A stretch of DNA of 64,000 nt from an uncultured Gammaproteobacteria bacterium (GTDB taxonomy: Bacteria; Pseudomonadota; Gammaproteobacteria; Arenicellales; JAANXG01). The translations under genes were made by a program, and so were the position numbers. The notes under the pieces are model-generated. The model did not search any database. It saw nothing but the letters and a program-made list of their open reading frames with translations, and was not told the origin of the DNA. The stretch is from assembly GCA_947259875.1 (NCBI GenBank), contig CAMYNX010000001.1, positions 13,755 to 77,754 on the forward strand, given 5' to 3'. This document shows, in pieces, positions 21,237 through 31,611 of this stretch (position 1 is the first letter of the stretch; each line of letters opens with the position of its first letter).

Positions 21237-23335
21237 TGGACTCGAGTTCGAATTTAAAACTTCAGACAGTTAAAACAGGGGACGATAATCGTGCGCCGTC
21301 GTTCCCTATGATTTTTTCTCAAGCCGATGATCCGCGAATCAACATTGGTGATTACCTAGGTGTTATCAAGCGCTATAAGTGGAGCATTATCGCGATGGCT
21401 TTATTGGGAGCCATTATAGGTGGTCTCAAGGCGATGTCCGGCGTGCCTGTTTACCGTGCAACCGTAACGATGGTGGTCGAACCGGATTTTTCTTCTTTGG
21501 CTTCCGCGAACCAAGGTGCGGTAGTCTATGCGACGGCGTGGCGTTTTTACGAGACGCAATATGATCTGCTGCGTAGCCGGGCCGTGGCGGAGCGCGTCGT
21601 CAAAAAGATGGATCTTGTGAATCTTGGTGGACCTAAGCCGCGTGTTACTTTTTCTATCATAGATGAAATAAAAAAGCTTGTTATTTCTCACACCGAGGAT
21701 AATTCTGAGCGCAATGAAATTAAACGACCCTTGACCGCCCAACAAGAAAAAGCAAAACGCGAAGCATTGTCCACTTTGATACAAGGAGGTGTAAGTGTTC
21801 GTGGGGGAGATAAAAGTCAACTTGTATATGTTTCGTTTGATTCTGTAGACCCGAAATTCTCGTCTGATGTCGCTAATTCATTAGTTCATTCCTACATAGA
21901 GCTAGAGTTGGAATCGCGCCTCAATCGTGCCAAACGCGCTAGTAATTGGTTGACTGAACGGTTAAACGACCTACGTGAAAAGCTTGCGTTGTCGGAACAG
22001 AAATTACAGGAGTTTCAGTCGCGAGAGGGAATGATCGACCTAAAGAGCATTGAACAACTCACAAGTAACGAATTGGGTATGTTGAATCAGGAATTTCTTA
22101 CCGCAAAAACTAAGTATTCAGAACTAGCTAAACGATACGGTCCGAAGCATCCTAAAATGCTAGCAGCCCTAGCTGAACTGGATGCCACCAAGCGGCGGTT
22201 GTCGGAGGCCTCGAGGCGCGTTGTCGATACCCGCACCAAGGAGTTTGCGTTAGCGGAATTAGAGCGCGAGGTGAGTGCAAATCGAGAACTCTATGATGTG
22301 TTTTTGAACAAGTTCCGGGAGACCGATTTATCGGTGGATAATCAACTCAGCAGCGCACGTGTCGTAGATCAGGCGTTACCACCCAAAGCACCGTTCAAGC
22401 CGGACAAAGCACAAATTCTTACGTTATGGGGTCTAATTGGATTCAGTATTGGAGTGTTACTTGCTTTTCTGAGAGATCATTTAGATAACACTTTTAATAA
22501 TATCGAAAAAATCGAGCAACGATTTAATCTCCCAGTACTCGGTGTTATACCTCTCGTGAACTTAAAAGATTTGAAAAGTTTTCAAAAGAATTCTGAGTTT
22601 TCGAAAAGCGATTTTATGGTCGGTCCGGAACGCTATTTCATGAACGAAAAAAGATCTTGGTTTTCCGAATCCGTAAATCATATTCGCACCGGGATTATGT
22701 ATTCAAATGTCGACGATCCGCCGCAGGTCATACTTATTACGTCATCAGTGCAAGCGGAAGGTAAGACGACCTTGGCTACCAATCTTGCTTTATCGCTGGC
22801 GCAAATTGGCGAGACTTTGCTGATCGACGCTGATCTGAGAAAGCCAAGACTCGATAAAATAGCCACAATTGACATCGAAGGCGGGTTGATTGATTTCGTG
22901 GCAGGAAACAAGTCCCTAGACGAAAGCATTAAAACAGATGCTGAATGTCCCCAGCTCTCTATCTTGGGGTGCGGTGTCATTCCTCCCAATCCTTTGGAAC
23001 TGCTTTCATCTAAGAAGATGGAAAATGCGATCAATGTGCTGAAAGATAGTTTTTCTCATATTATCATTGACACCGCCCCGATCTTACCAGTAAGCGATGC
23101 GATAGTCTTGAGCCACATCGTGGATGCAGTGTTGATGGTAATACAATCGGAGCATACGACTCAGAATATGGTGCGCGATGCGTTACGACGCTTGGAGGCA
23201 GCCAATATTTCTCCACTTGGATTCGTCTTGAGCAAAGTAGATTCTAAGAAGACGTCATATTATTACGACGGAAAGTATAGCCATTATTACGGTGGGTATC
23301 AGCAACAAGAAGCACTCGTTAAAAGAGCGTCTTAA
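21236..23335 (+). CDS. Polysaccharide co-polymerase (PCP-2a) / tyrosine autokinase, Wzc-like
   Basis: GTG start overlaps the OPX stop (TAGTG). N-terminal Wzz-type domain with two TM segments and a long coiled-coil. C-terminal kinase with Walker A SSVQAEGKTTLATNLA, A' LLIDADLRKP and B IIIDTAPILPVSDA. Tyr cluster SYYYDGKYSHYYGGY at the C-terminus. Confidence 0.92.
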   Translation: MDSSSNLKLQTVKTGDDNRAPSFPMIFSQADDPRINIGDYLGVIKRYKWSIIAMALLGAIIGGLKAMSGVPVYRATVTMVVEPDFSSLASANQGAVVYATAWRFYETQYDLLRSRAVAERVVKKMDLVNLGGPKPRVTFSIIDEIKKLVISHTEDNSERNEIKRPLTAQQEKAKREALSTLIQGGVSVRGGDKSQLVYVSFDSVDPKFSSDVANSLVHSYIELELESRLNRAKRASNWLTERLNDLREKLALSEQKLQEFQSREGMIDLKSIEQLTSNELGMLNQEFLTAKTKYSELAKRYGPKHPKMLAALAELDATKRRLSEASRRVVDTRTKEFALAELEREVSANRELYDVFLNKFRETDLSVDNQLSSARVVDQALPPKAPFKPDKAQILTLWGLIGFSIGVLLAFLRDHLDNTFNNIEKIEQRFNLPVLGVIPLVNLKDLKSFQKNSEFSKSDFMVGPERYFMNEKRSWFSESVNHIRTGIMYSNVDDPPQVILITSSVQAEGKTTLATNLALSLAQIGETLLIDADLRKPRLDKIATIDIEGGLIDFVAGNKSLDESIKTDAECPQLSILGCGVIPPNPLELLSSKKMENAINVLKDSFSHIIIDTAPILPVSDAIVLSHIVDAVLMVIQSEHTTQNMVRDALRRLEAANISPLGFVLSKVDSKKTSYYYDGKYSHYYGGYQQQEALVKRAS

Positions 23336-23373
23336 ATCACTTCACTCGCTTCTCTGTAGCAAGCACACTTAAG

Positions 23374-24069
23374 TTGTCCCGTACAATCAGCTTCACTGTC
23401 TTCACTGTGACAGCTATCTTGTTGTCTTGGTGTTTGATCTCGACGTTGGTTAACCGGGTTGTGAATACCTCCGGACAATATGTAACAGACCTTGACAACA
23501 GAGGTTGGATCGAAGACATAAACCACTGGTTCTCGACCGTAAATCGGCTGGAGACCGCTCTATCCTGGAATCCCCTGGATGTAGACCTGTTGATGCGGTT
23601 GGCTCGACTGTATCGGTGGCGCGCATTTGACCAAAGGTTATCTCCGAAACTAGCTAGGGAATCTCACCATCTAGCCATTCGATATGTAAAAGCCGCATGC
23701 CGCAGACGTCCATCATCGGGTTTGGCATGGGCTACCTTGGCAGTTGTAAAAGCTGCGGCGGGCCATATAGATCAGGAAATGATTTTGGCCTTAAATAGGG
23801 CCATGGCATTGGGTCCATGGGAACGGCAGGTTCAACACCAAGTTGTCTTGGCCGGTATTCAAACTTGGAATCGCTTGCCCACGAATACCCAACATCGCAT
23901 GCTCGAAATAGTCGACAGAGCACTCAAGGATTCAACACTCTCCAGAATCGTAATTGAGACCGCGATAAGACATAACTGGCAAGCTCCTCTAGAACCGTTA
24001 TTACAAAATAATCAGAGACTGAAGCGGTTATTCAAGAGCATTGACGTCGAATATAAGAAAGAACACTAG
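23374..24069 (+). CDS. N-terminally anchored helical-repeat (TPR-like) protein, function unknown
   Basis: TTG start. One TM segment (FTVFTVTAILLSWCLISTLV), then helical repeats such as SGLAWATLAVVKAAAGHIDQEMILALNRAMALGPWE. It is located between the kinase and the ligase-family gene. Confidence 0.55.
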   Translation: MSRTISFTVFTVTAILLSWCLISTLVNRVVNTSGQYVTDLDNRGWIEDINHWFSTVNRLETALSWNPLDVDLLMRLARLYRWRAFDQRLSPKLARESHHLAIRYVKAACRRRPSSGLAWATLAVVKAAAGHIDQEMILALNRAMALGPWERQVQHQVVLAGIQTWNRLPTNTQHRMLEIVDRALKDSTLSRIVIETAIRHNWQAPLEPLLQNNQRLKRLFKSIDVEYKKEH

Positions 24070-24082
24070 CGTGTTACAGACC

Positions 24083-25498
24083 ATGGCAAGATCGGTCAAC
24101 TTAATTTGTTATGTGTTGCTGCTGGTATTAATTGTCTGGTTACCGATCCCGCTGGGTAGCAGAAACGAATGGTCGACACAATTCATGGAGATCGTGTCGT
24201 TGACAATATTACTGATGTGGCTTGTTTCAAACAGCGTTACGCAATCGAAAGCATCATTAAAACTTCAGTCGGTTCGAGTTATATTGCTATTCATGGCATT
24301 GTGGTTGTGTTATCAACTATTTCAAGTTATGCCGCTACCCGAATTATTCATAAAGTTCCTCTCTCCGAGAACTTTTACTCTGTATAACCTCTCAGTGCCC
24401 GAAGCGGACCAAGCTTGGGCTTATGCGGTGAGTTTGGATCGTGATACCAGTCTTGAAGAAACTCTAAAGTACAGCGCATACGTTGCGATGTTTTTTCTAA
24501 TATTCGTTCTGATAGATACACGTCAACGATTAATTATTCTCGCGTATACAATCTTTTCAGTTGGATTGGCGCAATCTGTGTTTGGTATTTACGCCATGTT
24601 CACGGATCTATACTTAATACCTAAGGAAACAATGGACGGCCATCGATGGGTAATTGGAACTTTTGTAAACCGTAATCATTATGCTGCACATATTGTTATG
24701 ACCATTGGTATCGGGCTCGGATTACTATATTCGCAACCTACCTCATCAAGATCCTGGTCGAACACGCGAAATATTGTTTTAAACATAACAGACATGTTGC
24801 TAGGTAAAACTGGCTGGGTATTTATCTGCCTAGTTGTGCTTTTTTCGGCATTATTTTTAAGCCAGTCACGAGGTGGTGTGATTTCATTCATTGGCGCCTT
24901 CTTGTTCGTAACGATCGTGACGTTCAGTATTAAGGCGCGGAAAGATCGGGGTTATAAAATTGTTATTACGACCGGACTTATTATAGTTTTGTCAGTAGCG
25001 TGGTTAGGCCTCGGTGGCCTAACAAAAAGATTTGAAAAACTTGGAGAAGATGAACGATGGGAACAATGGAGGCTAACAACCTATATAATAAAGGATTACC
25101 CACTATTTGGAGTAGGAAGTGGGAATTATCGCTGGGTCTTTCCTAACTACCGCGAAGGCACGTTACGGCAATTGACTTATGATCATGCACATCAAGATTA
25201 TATGGAACTTTTGTCGGAACAAGGTGTAGTAGGAGCCCTCATATTAGGGATTGCTTTTCTTTTAATTATAAAGATGCTGTTGAAATCATACCGCACCCAA
25301 AATCACTTGTTGGGACGTGGCATGATATTCGGCTCTTTGATATCAATAACCGCATTTATGATACACGGTTTAGTCGACTTCAATTCTCGAATTCCTGCGA
25401 ATGCCGCTTACTTCTATGTAATTGCGGCTTTGGGACTGGCGGCGACAACGTTAAACAACAAAATTGGAAAAAAGCATCGCTATGAGAGCAACAAATAG
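24083..25498 (+). CDS. O-antigen ligase family (Wzy_C domain) polytopic membrane protein: WaaL, Wzy or PglL-type
   Basis: At least 10 hydrophobic segments. [15 protein letters not shown], then a large loop and [27 protein letters not shown], typical of the Wzy_C family. The track start is TTG 24041, inside the previous gene. GTG 24071 or ATG 24083 is more likely. Confidence 0.85.
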   Translation: MARSVNLICYVLLLVLIVWLPIPLGSRNEWSTQFMEIVSLTILLMWLVSNSVTQSKASLKLQSVRVILLFMALWLCYQLFQVMPLPELFIKFLSPRTFTLYNLSVPEADQAWAYAVSLDRDTSLEETLKYSAYVAMFFLIFVLIDTRQRLIILAYTIFSVGLAQSVFGIYAMFTDLYLIPKETMDGHRWVIGTFVNRNHYAAHIVMTIGIGLGLLYSQPTSSRSWSNTRNIVLNITDMLLGKTGWVFICLVVLFSALFLSQSRGGVISFIGAFLFVTIVTFSIKARKDRGYKIVITTGLIIVLSVAWLGLGGLTKRFEKLGEDERWEQWRLTTYIIKDYPLFGVGSGNYRWVFPNYREGTLRQLTYDHAHQDYMELLSEQGVVGALILGIAFLLIIKMLLKSYRTQNHLLGRGMIFGSLISITAFMIHGLVDFNSRIPANAAYFYVIAALGLAATTLNNKIGKKHRYESNK

Positions 25499-26465
25499 AA
25501 AGCGGGTTTTGATAACTGGCGGAGCTGGATTCTTGGGCTCGCATTTATGCGAAATTCTTATCGCGAAAGGATACGAAGTACTGTGCGTAGACAATTATTT
25601 CACCGGAACTAAAGAAAACATAGCCCATCTGGTCGGGGATCCCTATTTCGAGATGCTTCGCCACGATATTACATTTCCCTTGTATGTTGAGGTAGATGAA
25701 ATATATAACTTAGCGTGCCCAGCGTCTCCGATTCATTATCAACACGACCCTGTACAGACGACGAAGACAAGCGTTCATGGAGCAATAAATATGCTCGGTT
25801 TGAGCAAACGCATTAACGCGCGCATCCTTCAGGCTTCGACAAGTGAGGTGTACGGCGATCCGAAAGTTCATCCACAAACAGAAAGCTATTGGGGTAATGT
25901 CAACCCTGTGGGTATACGAGCCTGTTATGACGAAGGGAAACGATGCGCAGAAACGTTATTTTTTGACTATTACCGGCAGCACCGACTGCCCATTAAGGTT
26001 CTGCGAATCTTCAATACCTATGGACCCAGGATGCATCCAAATGATGGTCGTGTTGTGTCGAATTTTATCGTGCAGGCGTTGAACAATAACCCGATGACGA
26101 TTTTTGGCGATGGAACGCAAACGCGGTCTTTTTGTTACGTATCGGATTTGATAGATGTAATGACATTATTTATGGAAAGTCCGGCCGAATTTACCGGACC
26201 TCTAAACGCAGGAAACCCAGTTGAATTCACAATCTCGGAATTGGCGGAAACCATAATCACGTTAACCGGTTCCAGATCACAGATCACAAATAAACCACTG
26301 CCTCATGACGACCCAAAACAAAGATGTCCAGACATATCCTTGGTCAAGAAAAAATTGGGTTGGGAGCCAAAGGTCGGCTTGGAAGAAGGCCTAAGAAACA
26401 CCATCGATTACTTCGATGAACATTTAAGATGCCATACTAAGATCAAAAACAATTCGAACCCGTGA
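25482..26465 (+). CDS. UDP-glucuronate decarboxylase (UDP-xylose synthase)
   Basis: [40 protein letters not shown] and YDEGKRCAE (YxxxK) closely resemble UXS enzymes. The track start is TTG 25464; ATG 25482 is preferred. Confidence 0.88.
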   Translation: MRATNRKRVLITGGAGFLGSHLCEILIAKGYEVLCVDNYFTGTKENIAHLVGDPYFEMLRHDITFPLYVEVDEIYNLACPASPIHYQHDPVQTTKTSVHGAINMLGLSKRINARILQASTSEVYGDPKVHPQTESYWGNVNPVGIRACYDEGKRCAETLFFDYYRQHRLPIKVLRIFNTYGPRMHPNDGRVVSNFIVQALNNNPMTIFGDGTQTRSFCYVSDLIDVMTLFMESPAEFTGPLNAGNPVEFTISELAETIITLTGSRSQITNKPLPHDDPKQRCPDISLVKKKLGWEPKVGLEEGLRNTIDYFDEHLRCHTKIKNNSNP

Positions 26466-27442
26466 ATCGACGTATTCTTGTTACTGGAGGTGCCGGGTAT
26501 ATCGGCAGCCATACGTGTAAGTCTTTATTTCATCATGGGTTCGAACCGATTTGTTACGATAATCTTGTTCATGGTCATCGAGAGTTCGTTAAATGGGGGC
26601 CTTTTGAAGAGGGCGATATAAACGATTCTCAGCGCCTAAACTCAGTGTTTGACAAGTATCAGCCTCGCGCGGTGATGCATTTCGCTGCTTATGCATATGT
26701 CGGAGAATCAATGTCCGATCCCTTGAAGTACTATAAAAATAACGTTCACGGCAGCATGACGTTGTTAAACGTGATGCGTACACGCAACGTTACGAAAATT
26801 ATATTTTCCAGCACATGTGCGACTTATGGTATCCCAAAGACTATCCCCATTCCGGACGGTCACGTGCAGCAACCCGTTAATCCCTATGGGCGTTCCAAAC
26901 TAGTGATTGAACATATGCTTCGAGATTATGCATATGCGTACGGTCTTCACGGTTGTTCCCTGCGCTATTTTAATGCCGCCGGTTCAGATCCAGATGGTGA
27001 ACTCGGTGAGTGGCATGAACCGGAGACTCACCTGATACCAAACGTAATGTTGGCTGCAGTAGGAAAACGAGAGTCAATCACCGTGTTTGGCGACAATTAC
27101 GGTACGCCGGATGGAACCTGTGTACGCGACTATATACATGTGACTGATCTTGCGGAAGCCCATGTCCTCGCTCTGAAAACTCTGGAAGAGGAGCCTGGTC
27201 TCAAGACTTATAATCTGGGCAACGATAGGGGATATTCTGTTAAAGACATAATCGACGTTTCGGTTGATATATGTGGCCAAGCAATTCCGGTTCAAATAGG
27301 ACCACGTCGCCCAGGCGATCCGCCGGTATTAATCGCCGACTCGAGTAAAGCAAGAAGTGAACTAGGATGGATATCAAATTACAACCAGTTGGAACAAATT
27401 ATAGAAACTGCGTGGGACTGGTTCTCAAGACAAAATCAATAA
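26462..27442 (+). CDS. galE: UDP-glucose (or UDP-GlcNAc) 4-epimerase
   Basis: [30 protein letters not shown] (YxxxK) and [14 protein letters not shown]. The GTG start overlaps the previous stop. Confidence 0.9.
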   Translation: MNRRILVTGGAGYIGSHTCKSLFHHGFEPICYDNLVHGHREFVKWGPFEEGDINDSQRLNSVFDKYQPRAVMHFAAYAYVGESMSDPLKYYKNNVHGSMTLLNVMRTRNVTKIIFSSTCATYGIPKTIPIPDGHVQQPVNPYGRSKLVIEHMLRDYAYAYGLHGCSLRYFNAAGSDPDGELGEWHEPETHLIPNVMLAAVGKRESITVFGDNYGTPDGTCVRDYIHVTDLAEAHVLALKTLEEEPGLKTYNLGNDRGYSVKDIIDVSVDICGQAIPVQIGPRRPGDPPVLIADSSKARSELGWISNYNQLEQIIETAWDWFSRQNQ

Positions 27443-27449
27443 TTGTTGT

Positions 27450-29285
27450 ATGTGCGGTTTAGCCGCTATTTTTGTTTACTCCAATCGCTCGTCCAGCGTC
27501 TCAAGGCGCGAACTCGTGCAGATGCAACATCAAATGCGTGATCGTGGACCAGACGGAGAAGGCGTCTGGCTGGGAGAATGTCTCGGATTGGCCCATACAC
27601 GTCTATCCATCCTCGATTTGAGCGATGCGGCTGCCCAACCGATGGTGGATCCAACAAGTAGCAGCGTATTGGTTTACAACGGAGAGATCTACAATTTTAG
27701 AGAAATAAGAACAAAACTCGAACGCAAAGGATATGTGTTTCGCTCTACAAGCGACACCGAGGTGTTGCTATATCTATACCGCGATAAGGGCGAGCGCTTA
27801 GTTGACTATTTGCGTGGTATGTATGCTTTCGTTATCTGGGATGCCAATAAGAAAACCTTATTTTGTGCACGTGATCCATATGGAATTAAACCGCTGTATT
27901 ACTCCGACGACGGTAAGACATTGCGCATCGCCTCTCAAGTAAAAGCGTTACAAGCAAGCGACGCGATATCGAAAGAGCCAGATCCTGCCGGTGTTTGTGG
28001 CTTTTATATATTTGGACATGTGCCGGAACCGTACACGTATTTACGAGAAATTAAATCGTTACCAGCAGGAAACATTCTGCGATGCCCACTTGGTGGAAAA
28101 CCAGACATCCGCTCTTTTTTTTCGATCTCCAACGTGTATGTTGACGCAAGGGCGCAGCGGCACGATGTACCAAGGCCAGGACATTTTGCGCGAGCAATTC
28201 GAGAATCTGTAATTCATCATATGTTGGCGGATGTCCCGGTAGGTGTTTTTCTGTCGTCGGGAATAGATTCCGGAGCCATATTAGGACTGATGCGCGATGT
28301 CTCCGATGAACCAATCGATGCCTTCACATTGTCTTTTGACGAATATAGAGGGAAAGAAGAAGACGAAGAGCCACTGGCTGCAATGGTTGCCGACTATTAT
28401 GACGCCCATCACAGACCGTATGTATTTCCAAGAGATGAAATATCCAGATTGATACCGGAATTCTTAGAGGCAATGGACCAACCGTCTATTGATGGATTAA
28501 ACACTTGGCTAATGAGCCATGTCGCGAAGGAGCATGGCTTAAAGGTTGTATTATCCGGTCTCGGCGGCGATGAGTTGATGGGAGGTTATCCGTCGTTTCG
28601 TGATATCCCGAAATCTGTAAGACTATTGCGTTTTATTAACAAGGTACCAAAGCTCGGTGAATCGTTTCAACAAATAGTGCAAGTACTGCATAACGTCGGT
28701 TTACCAGTGAATCCGAAATTGGGTGGATTATTGTTACTCGGTGGGAGTTACGCTGGTGCCTATTTGCTGAGACGTGGCTTGTTCATGCCTTGGGAACTGC
28801 AGAATCTGGTAGGAGAGGAATTTGCCCATGAAGGTCTTTTGACACTCTCTCCTATCGCCCATATACAAAACGGTTTACAGCCAGATCCTGAAACAAATTT
28901 TGGCCGAGTCGCCGCCTTGGAATCCACATATTATTTACGTAATCAATTACTACGTGACTCGGATTGGGCGGGGATGGATCACTCAGTCGAAATTCGCACT
29001 CCACTCGTGGATGCGGTGTTGTTGGATGAACTTGCGCCTCTTCTTGTCGATTCAGATGCCACCAGCAATTTGAAGGAACTATTGGCGCAGGCCCCGCGAA
29101 GACCATTGCCAGATAAGGTGATCAACAGGAAGAAAACCGGTTTTACATTGCCCATTCCAATATGGTTAGAAACGATGCCAATGCTCGATACTTGGTGCCG
29201 TGTACCGTTACTGGCTAGAGAAGGATGCCACTGGGCACGGCGGTGGGCTTATACGGTCATGTCACCAATCATCCAGCCATCGTAA
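27450..29285 (+). CDS. Asparagine synthase-family glutamine amidotransferase (WbpS / EPS-locus type)
   Basis: N-terminal nucleophile MCGLAAIF, YNGEIYNF, and a PP-loop variant FLSSGIDSGAI. 611 aa and located inside a glycan cluster. Confidence 0.85.
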   Translation: MCGLAAIFVYSNRSSSVSRRELVQMQHQMRDRGPDGEGVWLGECLGLAHTRLSILDLSDAAAQPMVDPTSSSVLVYNGEIYNFREIRTKLERKGYVFRSTSDTEVLLYLYRDKGERLVDYLRGMYAFVIWDANKKTLFCARDPYGIKPLYYSDDGKTLRIASQVKALQASDAISKEPDPAGVCGFYIFGHVPEPYTYLREIKSLPAGNILRCPLGGKPDIRSFFSISNVYVDARAQRHDVPRPGHFARAIRESVIHHMLADVPVGVFLSSGIDSGAILGLMRDVSDEPIDAFTLSFDEYRGKEEDEEPLAAMVADYYDAHHRPYVFPRDEISRLIPEFLEAMDQPSIDGLNTWLMSHVAKEHGLKVVLSGLGGDELMGGYPSFRDIPKSVRLLRFINKVPKLGESFQQIVQVLHNVGLPVNPKLGGLLLLGGSYAGAYLLRRGLFMPWELQNLVGEEFAHEGLLTLSPIAHIQNGLQPDPETNFGRVAALESTYYLRNQLLRDSDWAGMDHSVEIRTPLVDAVLLDELAPLLVDSDATSNLKELLAQAPRRPLPDKVINRKKTGFTLPIPIWLETMPMLDTWCRVPLLAREGCHWARRWAYTVMSPIIQPS

Positions 29286-29293
29286 AACACGCG

Positions 29294-30478
29294 GTGCAAT
29301 CCAAACGGGTATTGATATCTACGATTGTGCCACTCTGCGGAGGTGTTCCGCAAATGACGCGATTCATCGTTTATCGGGTGCTAGATTTAGGACTCGAGCC
29401 GGTCATTGGGTACTATCAACCTTACCGGATCGCGCCAAGTCTATCCGTGCCTAGTTACCGTTTACTGCGTGGCAAAATTGGCAAGCAACAACATCAAGTA
29501 TTCAATGGTGTCGAAGCGCATGCCTTGGGCGCTTGGTTGCCAGAACTCGAGTTCACACACTACTGGCCTACTCGCCTGTGGAGAGAGCTGCTATCCAGCT
29601 GCGAATATCATATATCGATATCGGGAAATTGTTTAGCCGCCACACCTTACCTCTCAATTAACAAACCGTTCTGGTCTTGGGTGGCCACACCCTGGCACGA
29701 CGATCGGCAAGATCGTGTTCGGACCTTTCCACTGCTGAGGCGTTGCTTGGACAAATTCGTCAACTCACCTGCTATATCAAGGCTCGAAAGAAAAATATTG
29801 CGTACTGGTAATGTCGTTGCGTTGAGCCAATACACACAAAAAACACTTAACAAACTCGTAGATCATGAGGCAATCAGGGACGTTATGCCGATGCCGATCG
29901 ATGTAAACTTCTTTGTCCCGCAGAATAGAGATAAATATCACCGGTCAGTTGGATTTGTGGGTAGGCTTGATGATCCACGTAAGAACATAGGACTTCTTAT
30001 CGACACCATAGCGTATTGTCACCAAAACGATTACTTTATCACCGCAATACTAATTGGTGGCGCTATCAACCACATGTTACGTTCAAGAATTCAAGAACTT
30101 GGGCTTACCGAACACATCAAGATCATAGGCGAGGTCCAAAGAGCTGAGTTGCCGAATTATTTGCGAACCATGGATGCCTTTATTATTCCATCTCATCAGG
30201 AAGGTTTGTGCATCGCGGCTTTGGAGGCCATGAGTTGCGGAGTACCGGTGATCTCAACCAGATGTGGTGGGCCAGAGGAATACGTTATTCACGAAAAGAC
30301 AGGATTATTGGTGGATTCTAATCCTGCCGCCGTAGGAAATGCGCTGTTACATCTTCTTAATAATAAGAAATTTCATAGACGTTTATCAGAGCAAGCGCGA
30401 AAAATAGTCGTAACTCGGTATACCCAGCAAATTGTTAAAAAAGCATTCGAAAATAGTTTTAATAATACATTTCATTAA
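29294..30478 (+). CDS. Glycosyltransferase, GT4 family (GT-B fold)
   Basis: C-terminal EX7E-type region IIPSHQEGLCIAALEAMSCGVPVISTRCGGPEE. The track ORF starts at 29225, inside the amidotransferase gene. In-frame GTG 29294 gives MQSKRVLISTIVPLCGG, a typical GT4 N-terminus. Confidence 0.85.
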   Translation: MQSKRVLISTIVPLCGGVPQMTRFIVYRVLDLGLEPVIGYYQPYRIAPSLSVPSYRLLRGKIGKQQHQVFNGVEAHALGAWLPELEFTHYWPTRLWRELLSSCEYHISISGNCLAATPYLSINKPFWSWVATPWHDDRQDRVRTFPLLRRCLDKFVNSPAISRLERKILRTGNVVALSQYTQKTLNKLVDHEAIRDVMPMPIDVNFFVPQNRDKYHRSVGFVGRLDDPRKNIGLLIDTIAYCHQNDYFITAILIGGAINHMLRSRIQELGLTEHIKIIGEVQRAELPNYLRTMDAFIIPSHQEGLCIAALEAMSCGVPVISTRCGGPEEYVIHEKTGLLVDSNPAAVGNALLHLLNNKKFHRRLSEQARKIVVTRYTQQIVKKAFENSFNNTFH

Positions 30479-30724
30479 TGCTCGTTGCCGAATCAATTTT
30501 GTTGACTGAGGGGCCCCGCCTGATCGGGATAAATGCCGCCGTACACTATGCAAGAATTACGTGACGTGTATAACGATTTATCGCGTCGAAGACCAAAAGA
30601 TTATCGTTTCTCATCTAGACCGGGCCGCCTCGATACTGTCTTGATCTCCGGAGATAAGTGCAAGAAATGGGATTGGACCGCTGATTAGATGTATTGCTAA
30701 CAATAAAGCACTATTCCATACGCG

Positions 30725-31582
30725 ATGAGACATACAAATCAAATACACGACGAATACTTCGGGTCCGATCACGTCACGGTGATAGAGCCCCCTAAAGGCT
30801 GGCATATGTTCGACTTGAGAGAGCTTTGGGCGTATCGAGAGCTTCTTGGGGTGCTCACTACACGAGATATTAAAGTCCGCTACAAGCAGACCGTGCTTGG
30901 CGTGACTTGGGCAGTTATTCAACCAGTCGTAACAATGATTGTGTTTACTATCGTGTTTGGCAAGTTGGCGAAACTTCCCACAGATGGATACCCTTATCCG
31001 ATATTTGTGTATTCGGCGTTGTTACCTTGGATGTTTTTTGCCAACGCAATCGGTACTGCGGGTGGATCCCTTATCGGTTCAAGTCACTTAGTGAGCAAGG
31101 TGTATTTCCCAAGACTAATTATCCCCTTGTCGTCAATTGGTTCGGGCCTGATTGATCTAGCAATATCTACAGGTATTTTATTGTTGTTGATGTTGTATTA
31201 CGGTGTGCCCCTGACAATGCAGATATTTGCTGCACCGATATTGCTAATCGCCGTTATCTTCACAGCGCTGGGGGTCGGAACACTCCTATCTGCGTTAACC
31301 GTAGCCTATCGTGACTTTCGTTTCGTGGTTCCGTTCATGATACAAATATGGCTTTTTTGTACCCCGGTAGTCTACGCAATGAGTCTGGTTCCCGAACACT
31401 GGCAATGGATCCTTGGGTTAAATCCGATGACCGGCATCGTAGAAGGGTTCCGAGCGGCGTTTCTCGGTAAGCCTTTCGATTTAACTACGCTAATAATCTC
31501 TTTCTTTATTTCAACACTTATATTTCTAATCGGTATAGCATATTTTGAAAAAGTAGAACGTCGGTTCGCTGATATCATTTAA
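30725..31582 (+). CDS. wzm: ABC-2 type polysaccharide/O-antigen export permease
   Basis: LWAYRELLGVLTTRDIKVRYKQTVLGVTWAVIQP followed by 6 TM segments. It is directly upstream of the ATPase. Confidence 0.9.
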   Translation: MRHTNQIHDEYFGSDHVTVIEPPKGWHMFDLRELWAYRELLGVLTTRDIKVRYKQTVLGVTWAVIQPVVTMIVFTIVFGKLAKLPTDGYPYPIFVYSALLPWMFFANAIGTAGGSLIGSSHLVSKVYFPRLIIPLSSIGSGLIDLAISTGILLLLMLYYGVPLTMQIFAAPILLIAVIFTALGVGTLLSALTVAYRDFRFVVPFMIQIWLFCTPVVYAMSLVPEHWQWILGLNPMTGIVEGFRAAFLGKPFDLTTLIISFFISTLIFLIGIAYFEKVERRFADII

Positions 31583-31611
31583 AAAATAGAATATACAAGA
31601 TACACAAAGTT

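Noticed and set aside
21401-21820. 139-aa minus-strand ORF inside the Wzc-like gene; similar long antisense ORFs at 14535-14948 and 19163-19567
   Set aside because: Each lies wholly within a confidently assigned gene on the other strand. None has recognisable motifs or a plausible RBS.
30548-30688. 46-aa ORF (MQELRDVYNDLSRRRPKDYRFSSRPGRLDTVLISGDKCKKWDWTAD) in the 246-nt gap before wzm
   Set aside because: There is no convincing RBS and no recognisable family. It may be a gene remnant, but I cannot support either a gene or a pseudogene call.
30611-30922. 103-aa minus-strand ORF overlapping the wzm start
   Set aside because: It is antisense to the conserved N-terminus of the ABC-2 permease, has no motifs, and would run head-on into the operon.
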